This document shows positions 1 to 11,306 of a stretch of DNA of 62,971 nt, one piece after another. The stretch comes from Octopus bimaculoides. Lineage: Eukaryota. The notes below the pieces were generated by a model. It was not told the origin of the DNA and did no database searches. It saw only the letters and a list, made by a program, of their open reading frames with translations. Numbering within the stretch: the stretch's first letter is position 1; every line of letters starts with the position of its first letter. The position numbers and the translations under genes are program-made. The DNA is taken from NCBI RefSeq assembly GCF_001194135.2, contig NC_068988.1, positions 52,359,931 through 52,422,901 of the forward strand, in the 5' to 3' direction.

Positions 1-1
1 C

Positions 2-325
2 TGCAGTGATTCCTGATGGGCCGGGGGCTTTCCCGGTCTTCATACTCTTAATTGCTTTATCTACCCTGGTACTATCAACTCGGACAGCTGGTCCCTCTAT
101 TGGGTCGACATACGGCAGGCTCTCTTTCTCCCATTCATTCTCTTTATTAAGCAATCTATCATAGTGGCATCTCCAGACCTCTTTCTTTGCATCCTCATTT
201 AGTGCAAGCGTACCATCATCCATGCGAACACATTTCTCTCCTACAACATCACTATTCTCTCTCCTACACTGTCTTGCAACACGAAATACCTCGAGTCTTT
301 GGTCCTCACGGCGCAGAACATTGGC
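2..325 (-). mobile_element. RTE-clade non-LTR retrotransposon ORF fragment (linker just before the RT domain), continuing off the left edge
   Basis: Stop-free 108-codon minus-strand frame ANVLRREDQRLEVFRVARQC...VWRCHYDRLLNKENEW...VDKAIKSMKTGKAPGPSGITA. The KAPGPxGIxA and WxxHYxxLLN motifs are typical of APE-type, RTE-like LINE ORF2. Homology ends near 330. Confidence 0.85.
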
Positions 326-580
326 AAAGCCTTATCAACTTGAAAAATAAAACTAAGGATAAATTAAATAAAGCAGTTCAAGAGACACTAAATAAAAAGA
401 AGGAATAGTCACAGCTTGGATACTTCTCAGACATATGGCTGCTGGGTCAGGCAGGGCTGACTAGAGTTAAAACCCAGTAACTAATAAATGGGTACAGTAG
501 GGGTAGTAATGATGGAAATTCTGTGGATGCAAGATGAATGAGATGAAGTATAAATAATTCAGTATGTAACAGGAGTTTAT

Positions 581-794
581 CCCTTTCGCAACTGTATTTA
601 TTTTGAAATGCTCTGTGTTTCTTTCAATTGCTTTAAATGTAACAAAGAATTTAGTAAAATAACTTAGTTATTTTTCAGCTAGTATTAGGAACATAAATTG
701 TGACTAAGGTTTGGTAGAAGATTTTAATTCGACACTTATGAAAACAAAACATTTGTACTCAGAGCCGGTTTCAGCCGGGTTGGTAATGAAAGGG
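581..794. mobile_element. piggyBac-like MITE
   Basis: Starts CCCTTT and ends AAAGGG, followed by TTAA (795-798); the left TSD has decayed to TTAT. Same terminal type as 57253-57715. Confidence 0.55.
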
Positions 795-1194
795 TTAAGG
801 GACTATTTAGGTAGGAAATATATCTGAATAAATTATGTCAGTTGTTGAATGTAAAGAAAGAGGATTCATGGCCATATGGACAGACATGGTGAGAGAGATG
901 CTGATATTTGGTAGGTTGCCATAGTTGGAGGTGCAAATGAATAATTTTTAATTTTGGCATGAGGCCACTCAAATACAAACTCATATTTTTAGGAGAGCAG
1001 GTATGATTGATTAAATCGGTCTTAGTAAATTACTGGTGCATGTTTAATTAAACCCTGAAAGACGAATTGCAAAAATGTCCTTCAGAAGTATTTGAACTTA
1101 TAAACATATAGTAACAGAAGCTAGATAACACAAAAAGACTTTTAATCTAGTGCTCAATCATTTCTGTATCTCTTTTCTTCAATGTTTTCAATAG

Positions 1195-2240
1195 ATGCAC
1201 AAGGCCTGAAATTTTGGGCAGAGGATTAAGTTGATACCATCAACCCTAGTGCTTGACTGGTATTTTATTTTATCAACCCCATTGGATAAAAGAAGTTGCC
1301 AAGCTGACAGAATCATTAACACATTGGACAAAATACTTAATGGCATAACTTCTAACTGTACACTTCTAAGTTCAAATCCCACCTTTGCCTAACTTTGGTT
1401 TTTTTTTCAGGATTGATAAAATAAAGTACCAGTCAAGTAATGGGGTCTGTGTAATTAACTTGTTCCTTCCCCTCAAAATTACTGGCTTTGAACCCTGCAA
1501 TGGATTGGTGTTCTGTTCATTGTTGTGATCTCTGAGTAACTGACCTTATAAATTTTAGGGGTCAATAATTATGATAATAATCCTTTCTACTATAGGCACA
1601 AGACCTGAAATGTTAAGGGAGGGGGCTAGTCAATTACATCGACTCCTGTACGTGACTGGTGCTTATTTTATCAACCCTGAAAGGATGAATGGCAAAGTTG
1701 ACCTCAGCACAATTTGAACTCAGACTGTGAAGACAGGTGAAATACTGCTGAGCATTTTGCCCATCATGCTAACGGTTCTGCCAGCTCGCCGCCTGAAATC
1801 CTTTCTGCTAAAGGCATGAGGCCAGAAATTTTGAGGGTGGAGACTAGTCGATAACAATGACCCCACTGTTTCATTGGTACTTATTTTATTGACCCCGGAA
1901 GGATGAAAGGCAAAGTCAACCTCAGCAGAATTTGAACTGAGAACGTAAAGATAGATGAAGTGTTGCTAAGCATTTTTACGGTGTGCTAACAATTCTGCCA
2001 GCTCATCTCCTTTTATAATTATGATAATAATAATAAAAAAATGAAAGGTAAAACTGACTTTGGTGATATTTGAATACATAATTTAAAGAGCTGGAATAAA
2101 TACTGTAGGGCAATTTTGTCTGATGCTCTAACAATTCTGCCAACATAAAGCAACAAGAGAGAGGCTGTTTAGTTATCAACCCCCCAAATACTTTATTGAC
2201 TCCAGAGGAATGTTGAAGTTTGTGGAATTTAAACTGAATA
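1195..2240. mobile_element. Cluster of about 5 tRNA-derived SINE copies (family B; core resembles the Meta domain), mostly on the minus strand
   Basis: Recurrent core TTTATCGACCCCGAAAGGATGAAAGGCAAAGTCGACCTC, head ...GCCAGCTCGCCGCC and (AAT)n tails. The Meta-domain name is from memory. Confidence 0.75.
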
Positions 2241-2485
2241 CTGTAACTGAATACTATAATGCTTTTAGTCCAGTCCAACATTATATTAGGTCTGCCAGTA
2301 ATCTATACTATACTGTAACCATAATAATGGTGATGGTGATATCTTGTTTTGTGGCACAAAGCCACAAATTTTGGAAGCGGAGTGTAATCAATCGAGTTAC
2401 ACAAATACTTGATGAAGGAACCTTTTCTAGTTGGTCAGTGTATACTTCCTTCTTAAAAAAAAAAAAAGGAAATAAATACATAATA

Positions 2486-2971
2486 GGCGCAGGAGTGGCT
2501 GTGTGGTAAGTAGCTTGCTTACCAACCACATAGTTCTGGGTTCAGTCTCACTGTATGGCACCTTGGGCAAGTGTCTTCTACTATAGCCTCAGGTCGACCA
2601 AAGCCTTATGGATGGATTTGAAACTGAAAGAAGCCCATCACATATGGAAACTGAAAGAAGCCCATCACATATGGAAACTGAAAGAAGCCCATCACATATG
2701 GAAACTGAAAGAAGCCCATCACATATGGAAACTGAAAGAAGCCCATCACATATATATGTGTGTGTTTGTGTATCTGTGTTTGTCCCCACAACATCACTTG
2801 GTGATTGATGCTGGTGTGTTTATGTCCCTGTAACTTAGCGGTTTGGCAAAAAAGATCAATAGAATAAGTACTAGGGTTATAAAGAATAAGTCCTGGGGTT
2901 GATTTACTCGACTAAAGGCGGTAGCTCCAGCATGGCTGCAGTCAAATGACTTAAATAAAAGAATAAAAGAA
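2486..2971 (+). mobile_element. tRNA-derived SINE family A, full length, with an internal 27-nt tandem amplification
   Basis: Head GGCGCAGGAGTGGCTGTGTGGTAAG with A/B-box-like motifs, CORE-like CCTTGGGCAAGTGTCTT, tail GGCGGT..CCAGCATGGC..AGTCAAATGACT. Matches the copy at 32656-33060. Confidence 0.85.
2621..2752 (+). repeat. 27-bp tandem repeat, about 5 copies (AAACTGAAAGAAGCCCATCACATATGG)
   Basis: Units start at 2621, 2648, 2675, 2702 and 2729, with no spacers. Confidence 0.95.
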
Positions 2972-3729
2972 TATGTATTCATGAGAACAAGATGGAATGG
3001 TCACTACTGGAGTGCCTTTGATCATAGATTCAGGACTAAATATCTATAACAGGTACTATTTAGTCAAACTTGGTAGAATTTAAATACTGAACATAAGAGT
3101 TTAACTAAATAAGTCATTTTGCAAGGCGTTTAGTTTAAACAGTCAGGTGAGGCACAGGTGTGGCTGTGTGGTTGAGAAGCTTGCTTGCCAACCATATAAT
3201 CTTGGGTTCAATCCCATTGCACAGCACCTTGGGCAAATGTCTTCTATAGCCCTGGACTGACCAAAGCCTTGTAAATGGATTTGTTAGATGGAGGTTCAAA
3301 GAAGCCTGTTCAGTGTGTGTTTGTGTGTATCCTTGGCTAGACAGAATGTGATGGTTACAAATGGGCACCATTATCATCATAATAGAGGTGAGGCTATTTT
3401 TTTTCTAGTCTTCTGTGAAAAATATGCCTAGCTATGGGGAAAATATTAACTTTCTTGGAAACAAATGATGGTGACAACAGGAAAGGCAGCTAGCTGTAGA
3501 AAATCTGCCTCAATGAATTTCATCTGACCCATTCAAGCATGGAAAAGTGGACATTAAATGATCCTGCGGCTCAAAAGAACATCTATCTACATGAGTGTTT
3601 GATTTACAAGCAATGGCAGCTAAATCTCCCTCAAATCACTCTCCATTATCTTAAACTGAAAAAAATAAAGTATACATTGGATAAAGTATATCTAGAAAAA
3701 TATTAAATATGTGAATTCTATGCATCTGT

Positions 3730-4465
3730 GTTGTGGTAAGTAGCTTGCTTACTAATCACATGGTTCCAGGTTCAGTCCCACTGTGTGGCACCTTGGGCAA
3801 GTATCTTCCACTATAGCCTCAGGCTGACCAAAGCCTTGTGAGTGGATTTGGTAGACGGAAACTGAAAGAAGCCTGGCCGTTGCCAGTACCGAGCGTGGCC
3901 GTTGCCAGTACCGCCTGACTGGCCTTCGTAAGATTTTCGAGCGAGATCGTTGCCAGTGCCCCTGGACTGGCTCTTGTGCGGGTGGCACATAAAAGACACC
4001 ATTTCGAGCGTGGCCGCTGCCAGTACCGCCTGACTGGCCTTCGTGCGGGTGACATGTAAAAGCACCCACTACACTCTCTGAGTGGTTGGCATTAGGAAGG
4101 GCATCCAGCTGTAGAAACTCTGCCAAATTAGATTGGAGCCTGGTGTTGCCATCCAGTTTAACCAGTCCTCAGTCAAATCGTCCAACCCATGCTAGCATGG
4201 AAAGAGGACGTTAAACGATGATAATGATGATGATGATGATGATATATATATATGTGTGTTTGTGTGTTTGTCCCCCCCATCATTGCTTGACGACTGATGC
4301 TGGTGTGTTTACATTCCCGTAGCTTAGCATTTCAGCAAAAGAGACCAATAGAATAAGTACTAGCCTTACAAAGAATAAGTTCTGGGATCGATTTGTCTGA
4401 CTAAAGGCGGTGCTCTAGTATGGCCACAGTCAAATGACTGAAACAAATCAAAGAGTAAAAGAGTG
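3730..4465 (+). mobile_element. Family A SINE interrupted by an RTE-type 3'-end repeat (about 3875-4242) ending in (GAT)n
   Basis: SINE head to GAAACTGAAAGAAGCC, then GTTGCCAGTACCGCCTGACTGG units and the tail ...CCAACCCATGCTAGCATGGAAAG..GACGTTAAACGATGATG, then SINE sequence resumes at TGTGTGTTTGTCCCC. Confidence 0.75.
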
Positions 4466-5451
4466 TCTTTTGTAATAATAGCTGTAACCATCAGGGGAAC
4501 CACATGAGTTACAAAAATATTCTGGGGAAAATAAATGAGTGGGATGATTACTGTTGGAACCTCTTTTGATTAGAGGTCTGCTCACTGAGTGGACTTGAGA
4601 CTAAAAAACAATACTTAGTTCTTAGCTTATCGATATTTTATGAAACTTTGGCTGGTTGAACTTTTTTGCATTTAAGACAACCCTTCTGTTAGTTTCCTTG
4701 GCCTCTACTGTTTCACTGAATAACATTTATAATCTTGTATTCTATCATTTCTACTGTTCTGTGAACCTTCTCTTTCAATTACAAAAGTGCGTCTGTCTAC
4801 TGGCTGAACAGGTAGATAACTGCTATTTATGGTCAGTGGAGGGAATATTTTCACCAGCAATGGAAAGTATGAGAAATTTGGTGTGACTAATCTGGTATTT
4901 AAAACATTGGTTGGTTGTGTTATGTGCTAGATCAGCTCTGATTTAAGGTATTCCAGTTACGTCTTCCCCACCACCACCTGCCCAGCAAATCTGAGACTAT
5001 ATCACCTCGTGTATCCTTTTTTCTCCCTCAAATGACACTGTCATTTGAGGGAGATTTAACTGCTGTTTCAAATAGGTCTAGTGATCATGTATGTGCAGAC
5101 TCTGTTATTGACTCAAAGTTTTTTTCTTCTCTTCTTTGACTGGAAGCAGACTGTGCAACATGGAAAGGAATGGAGCTCTAGTGAAATGGTAATTTGAATA
5201 AGCCTCTTGTCTTACGTTTTTGGTTGGAGTGAAGTACAGTAAAGCCCAAAATTAAAAGTTCATTCTAGTTGCTAAAAGATACAATGAATGGTTTTCTTCT
5301 GGATGTAACAGAAGTTGTTAGATTACAAATTTACTGTGCCATCAAAAGTTGTGATATCACTTTGGTATGGTGGTTAATACAAATATATAGTTTATAGTAC
5401 ATGTCATCTGAATTCTGCAGTTGATACTACAACCCTTTTTCTGTCATTTTG

Positions 5452-5797
5452 TTTGTATGTATGTATGTATGTATGTGTGTGTGTGTGTGTGTGTGTATGC
5501 ATGTATACAAGTAGGTGTGTGTGAGTGTATGCATGTATACAAGTAGGTGTGTGTGAGTGTGTATGTATACAAGTAGGTGTGTGTGTGTGTATGTATGTAT
5601 ACAAGTAGGTGTGTGTGTGTATGTATGTATACAAGTAGGTGTGTGTGTGAATGTGTGTATGTATACNNNNNNNNNNTGTGTGTGTGAATGTGTGTATGTA
5701 TACAAGTAGGTGTGTGTGCGAATGTGTGTATGTATACAAGTAGGTGTGTGTGAAAGTATGTATGTATGTATACAAGTATGTATGTATGTATCCAAGT
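5452..5797. repeat. Variable-length minisatellite GTATACAAGTAGGTGTGTGT.. embedded in GT/GTAT microsatellite; contains a 10-N gap
   Basis: About 9-10 recurrences of TACAAGTAGGTGTG. Confidence 0.9.
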
Positions 5798-6086
5798 AGG
5801 TGTGTATGTAGTCCACAAATGAGATCCAGGTATTCTCAGTATAGAAGACACTTTGTAATGCTCAAAAGATTCAAACTTAGACTCCGATGTCTTTACAGGG
5901 AATTGATTCCACAAGGTAAAGAATAGCTATAAGAATATCTGTCTGGTTAAGAAATTTGTTTTGTAACCACATGGTTCTGGGTTCAGTCCCACTGCATGGA
6001 ATTTTAAACAAGTGTCTTTTATAGCCCTGGGCCAGCCAATGCTTTGTGAGTGAATGTGGTGGAAGGAAACTGTATTGGAAGCCCAT

Positions 6087-6122
<36 letters not shown>

Positions 6123-6306
6123 TGCCCTCTACTGTTTGACTGTTGGTTTATGTTCTCATAACTGAGTGGTTCAGCAAAAGAGACCCATAAAATTAGTACT
6201 AGACTTCAAAAATATAAGTACTATGGTAGATATGTTCAACTCATCTCCTTGTGGTGGTGCCCCAGCATGGCCTCAGTCCAATAACTGAAACAAGTAAATA
6301 ATAGGT

Positions 6307-6341
<35 letters not shown>

Positions 6342-6374
6342 ACTATACCTTGATACTTTGTGAAAAGGTGACTA

Positions 6375-6588
6375 ATACGAGGGTGGGGGTGCTGAAAAGT
6401 TCCTAGCTTTGGGTAGGAGAAAATACAGGAGGATCAGTTATGATTTTATTAAACATACTCTCCTCTCAGATTCACACACTTATTGCAGCAGTCCTTCAGT
6501 TTTTCTAAGCTCTGTAATAGAACTTGGAAGGTTGGGCCTGCAGCCAGGCCTTTCACGATACCCAGGAACTTTTCGGCACCCCTGTTGT
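6375..6588. mobile_element. Tc1/mariner-like MITE
   Basis: Left end TACGAGG..GGGGTGCTGAAAAGTTCCT, right end AGGAACTTTTCGGCACCCC..GTA; these are imperfect TIRs with TA flanks. Confidence 0.65.
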
Positions 6589-6989
6589 ATGTGTAATCTT
6601 TACTACTTATCTTAACTATTCTAACTGGGATGGTAAAAGTTGTAATGTTGCTTTGGTATAGCGGTTTACAGCAGATATGGCACTGAAATCCTGTAGGTGA
6701 TATTACAACTTTTATCTATGTTACTCTGACAACATTGTTGTGACAAGCTTCTGACAAAATTACTGTGCACGTGTGTCCTGGTGATATGTAGAAAGCTTTT
6801 ATCAGACGATCTGTTGTTGTAAACCTGTGTAACTTCCTTGGTTATGTATCCCTGATTGTCTGCATTTTCCAACTCTCATGGCAGTATTTACCATATGTAT
6901 GCTTACCTTATTGATGGATGCACTTCAATTATAGTTGGTTAATAGATATTCTCAAAAGAACTTGTTTGACACAATGTTAAGTCCCTTAT

Positions 6990-7672
6990 GTATGTGTGTG
7001 TGTCTGCCTGCCTGTATGTGTGCGTGTGTGTCTGCCTGCCTGTATGTGTGCGTGTGTGTCTGCATGTGTGTCCGGCTGTGTGTGTCTGCATGCATGTCCG
7101 CCTGTGTGTGTCTGCATGTGTGTCCGGCTGTGTGTGTGTCTGCGCATGCATCCGACTGTGTGTGTCTGCACGTCCATCCGGCTGTGTGTGCGTGTCCATC
7201 TGTGGTGTCCGCATGCGTGTCCGGCTGTGGTGTCCGCATGCGTATCCAGCTGTGATGTGCACATATCTATGCGTTTCCGTGTGTGTGTGTGTACATGTGC
7301 GTCTGGCTGTGTGTGCACGAGTCCGGCAGTTTGTGCGTGTGCATGCACTTCTGGCTGTGTCTGCATGCGCGTCTGGCTGTCTGCATGTGCGTCTGGCTGT
7401 CTGCATGTGCGTCTGGCTGTCTGCATGTGCGTCTGGCTGTCTGCATGTGCATCTGGCTGTCTGCNNNNNNNNNNGCGCGTCTGGCTGTCTGCATGTGCGT
7501 CTGGCTGTCTGCATGTGCGTCTGGCTGTCTGCATGTGCGTCTGGCTGTCTGCATGTGCGTCTGGCTGTCTGCATGTGCATCTGGCTGTCTGCATGTGCAT
7601 CTGGCTGTCTGCATGTGCATCTGGCTGTCTGCATGTGCATCTGGCTGTCTGCATGTGCATCTGGCTGTCTGT
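6990..7672. repeat. 20-bp minisatellite CTGGCTGTCTGCATGTGC(G/A)T (regular part about 7370-7670) with a degenerate GT-rich left flank
   Basis: Direct tandem units are visible; 10-N gap at 7465-7474. Confidence 0.95.
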
Positions 7673-8354
7673 GCCTGCGCATCTTGCTGTGTGTGTGTGT
7701 GCATGTGTCTGTCTGTATAGAATTTTAAAGTTTATTATGACCTCTCGCCTACTTGGTGGCAATTTTGGAAAGAAAAAAAATCTTGTTCTCTTTGTCATCC
7801 TTCAGGGATTTGTTTTCTACTTAAAATTTTGTTTCACCATTATGAAAGTAAATAACACAAAGGCATTCCACCCATGACAATCCGGTCAATATAGCTCATA
7901 AATATTCACAGTGAATTAGCTGTCATTCTCTTTCACCCACATTTCTAAAACAGAAACTACAATTTATTTTTTGTTTTGTCTTCAAAATTTCACTTTAATT
8001 CTATGTTAAAATATCATTTATTCATAAAACCAATTTATGTAAATATGTGTCTCTAAGTCTTTTACATATGTTTGTTTTTGTATGAGTTGTCTGTGTGATT
8101 ACTTGTTCATGCATGTTCAATATAAATGTGTGTCCGATAGGTTTGCCTTGTCTGTCTCTAATCCTTGTGTGTTGTATTCTTTGTCTGCCATTCACCTCTG
8201 ATGAGAAGTTGTTACTCTATTGAAATTATAAGCGGAAAAATTCTTTTGTTTTGGGTAATCCTACATGTACTGGATCTTACCTGAGGCAAAAAGGACTGTA
8301 CTTAAAAGCATATTAGTGAAAACATTTTATTGGCAGTCTGGACTGTTTCCATTG

Positions 8355-8610
8355 AAATCATGGTAAAGTAAAAAGTAAATTTCTTTCCTGAATCAGATAG
8401 ACCCAAAGGGCTGGTTTCCATGGCATATATATTCCACACCTGGATGAGACACCAGTCCATTGCAGGATTACCCATTTTAACCAGCTGAGTGGACTGAAGC
8501 AACGTGAAATGAAGGGTTTTGCTCCGGAGCACAACTCATTGCCCAGTCTAGGAATTGAAACCACAATCTTAGGATCACGAGTCCAACACCATAACCACTC
8601 AGCCATGCAT
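8355..8610 (-). mobile_element. tRNA-derived SINE family D (V/CORE-like central region)
   Basis: Minus strand reads TGGCTGAGTGGTT (A box)...GGTTTCAATTCC (B box)...CAGTCCACTCAGCTG...GCAATGGACTGGTGTCTCATCCAGG. Related copies at about 54640-54830 and 57890-58200. Confidence 0.65.
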
Positions 8611-9305
8611 CTTCACAAGATCATGGTACTCACAAACAAATACAGATGGTGATCTTTAGTATCACACACACATGCAAAGCTGGGGGTGAAATAACGCCCA
8701 TAGACTTGATATTCATAATCAGTATCACTATTTTCATTCTATTTCTATATGTACTGATCATCTTTCAGCCAACTGAGGTGAAGAGATCTAACAAGGTCGA
8801 AACCTAGCCATTGGTTTCACCAGTTGGCTTTTAAATATGAAATGCATTCCTGTATTGTCTTCATTTTCTAAAAATTTGGATTAACTAACACTATTGGAAT
8901 ATTAACTCCTTTACTTTTGAACTTTTAACACTTCCAGAAGAAATTTTGGTCTTTTAATTGCAAGGATTATCCGAGATAACTGAAGTTTTTCAGCTTGCTA
9001 TATTACATGTCATGTCATGTAGTGTTTTTTGAATCTGGGTTTTGTTCCCGTTAATGGGGGTGGCTGGATCTACCTCAATGCCATAACAATAGCCAAGCAA
9101 ATCAACCCCAGCTGCTTTTTTAAAAGTCTGATACTTATTCTATCAACCTCTTTTGCCAAACTGCTAAGTTATGGTGACAGGTTAATTTAGTTCAAGAAAT
9201 ACATTCCATGTTTTGTTTATTTCATCTGATAACATTTTTTCTTGTTATTTTTATTCTTCACTGGGAAATATCTTTAATATGAAATACTTTATTTTCATTC
9301 TATAG

Positions 9306-9386
9306 ACTATTGCGCTGGATGGCTGCCATACAGAATGTGTTTGCCACTCGGCTTTTGGCCGAGCTTCTTGGCCATGAGGTTGACAG
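9306..9386 (+). CDS. LRRC41: Exon A, with candidate start ATG at 9319: MAAIQNVFATRLLAELLGHEVD(S)
   Basis: Acceptor TTTTCATTCTATAG (AG 9304-5), donor GACAG|GTAAGT. Phase 2 matches the next exon. ATG context is TGGATGG. Confidence 0.65.
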
Positions 9387-11037
9387 GTAAGTTTTCAAAT
9401 AGTTTCTTTTATTTATATCATTTTGATTTTCATTTTATCAATATAGAAAAGGACAAACTAGCTTCTTCAAAATAACTCAAGGTGACTGCACTGCTGTACT
9501 TGTGACACATAATGAACCAAATGAATGTGGTTTTGTAACTCACCATAATGATGTGTTCTTTATAAATTTCTAGGTAGTCTGCTTTAACATTTAAAAAGAA
9601 ATATCTATGCGTTTTATGCACTAGTGGCAGTCAATAGCTTGATTTTTGTTGTGATAAAAATAATTGAGTTATTTTTGAGGGTAAGCAAAAACTGATACCT
9701 TTAAAAAAAAAAATCTGTAATATAATCAAAATAAGGTAGCTGTTTCATGGCACAAACATTACAGTGCTCATCTTCTCTTTCCCTTCATTGTGTGTCAATT
9801 TTATAATCAGTAGGTTTCATTTGAATGCTGCTTGTGTCCAAATAAAAACCAAATGTGCAGCATGTCTTTATCAAGATTGTTGACACCTTCAGCCTGTTGC
9901 TGATGTTTCCACCTCCTATGTTGCACTTGTGCAGTGACACTTACGCACGTCAATGAAACTTCTATTCATTAAACTGTTACAGACTTTGGAGTATGATTTC
10001 TTATATTTAATCTCTGATTATTGACACATTTTAGTTCAATGTCATTTTTTGTTTTCATTCTAGTTGAGGTCATTGTGAACTAAAATTTTCTAAAACTTTG
10101 ACATGATTTCAATTGTGTTTCCAATATATTTTTTTGTGTTGATTTTAGTGGCCTCTTAAAAGAAGAACGACCCAGCAACAACCCACAGACACTGCATGTG
10201 AAATGTGCCATAGTTCTGGGCAAGGAAATTGCCAATTTCTCACAGAAAACTTTGGATGAAGGTATATATTTCTTGAATGAACCATACCTTAAACCTATTT
10301 ATTATGTGATTATATGTTATAAAACATTCTAAATGATAAGCTGTTGATAAAGGACTTAAATACGAATGTTATCATTTGAAATGTTACAAAGCAAAATGAT
10401 CATTCATCTGTTCATTTGTCATAAAGCCTTTTCTTTATCGTTGTTTATTTACCATGTTACATGTTGCTGTAGAGAAGAACAGGTTTTTTTTTTTTTAAAT
10501 AGTTTGTTGCTAATTTTAGAAGAGATAAAAGTAGTGCCTTTATAGCTATCTTTTCAAAAATCCTGGAAATTGCAACAACAATGTATTTTAGCAACAATCT
10601 TTTTATCAGTACTTTTTACATCCTGTGTGTATGTGTGTGTGTGTGTGTGTGTGATGTCAATTATTAGATCACATGCTTTCATTGCTGGATATCTGACTCT
10701 TTCTTTCTAAACAGGGAAAGTGTTAGGGTTAGGGTTAGGGCTCCACAACATCCATTTATTTCATAGGTCTTTTTCATCAGTTTTGATCAAGGGCTCCACA
10801 ACAACAAGAATTGTCAGGTAGTCAAAATGAAGCACACTAATAATAATAATAATCCTTTCTACTATAGGCACAAGGCCTGAAATTTGTGGGAAGGAGGATA
10901 GTTGATTATACCGACCCCAGTGTTTTGCTGTTACTTAATTTATGAACTCCCGAAAGGATGAAAGGCAAAAACAGACGAAATACTGCTAAGCATTTTGCCC
11001 AACGTGCTAACGATTCTACCAGCTCACCTCCTTAATC

Positions 11038-11069
<32 letters not shown>

Positions 11070-11274
11070 CCTTTCTATTACAGGCACAAGGCCTGAAATA
11101 TTAGGTGAGGTGGGCTAGTCAATTTCATCAACCCAGTACCGATACTTATTTTATTTGACTCTGAAAGGATGAAAGACAAAGTTGACCTTGGTGGAATTTG
11201 AACTCAGAATGTAAAGACTGACAAAGAGCTGCTAAGCATTTTGCCTGGTGTGCTAACGATTCAGCCAGCTCACC

Positions 11275-11306
<32 letters not shown>

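Noticed and set aside
2621-2752. CRISPR-like array
   Set aside because: The repeats are contiguous with no spacers, lie inside a SINE, and there are no cas genes in this eukaryotic context.
6600-6940. Minus-strand gene (ORF 6666-6872, GTAAG-type donor near 6907)
   Set aside because: No partner exons, acceptor or recognisable domain were found.
6935-7877. Long 245-293-aa ORFs on both strands
   Set aside because: Translation of a stop-free minisatellite across an N gap. The same applies to 5404-5914, 46198-46741 and 61830-62488.
8198-8245. Hammerhead ribozyme (CTGATGAG..GAAA)
   Set aside because: No paired stem II followed by GAAA and no stem I/III could be built; at most a decayed remnant.
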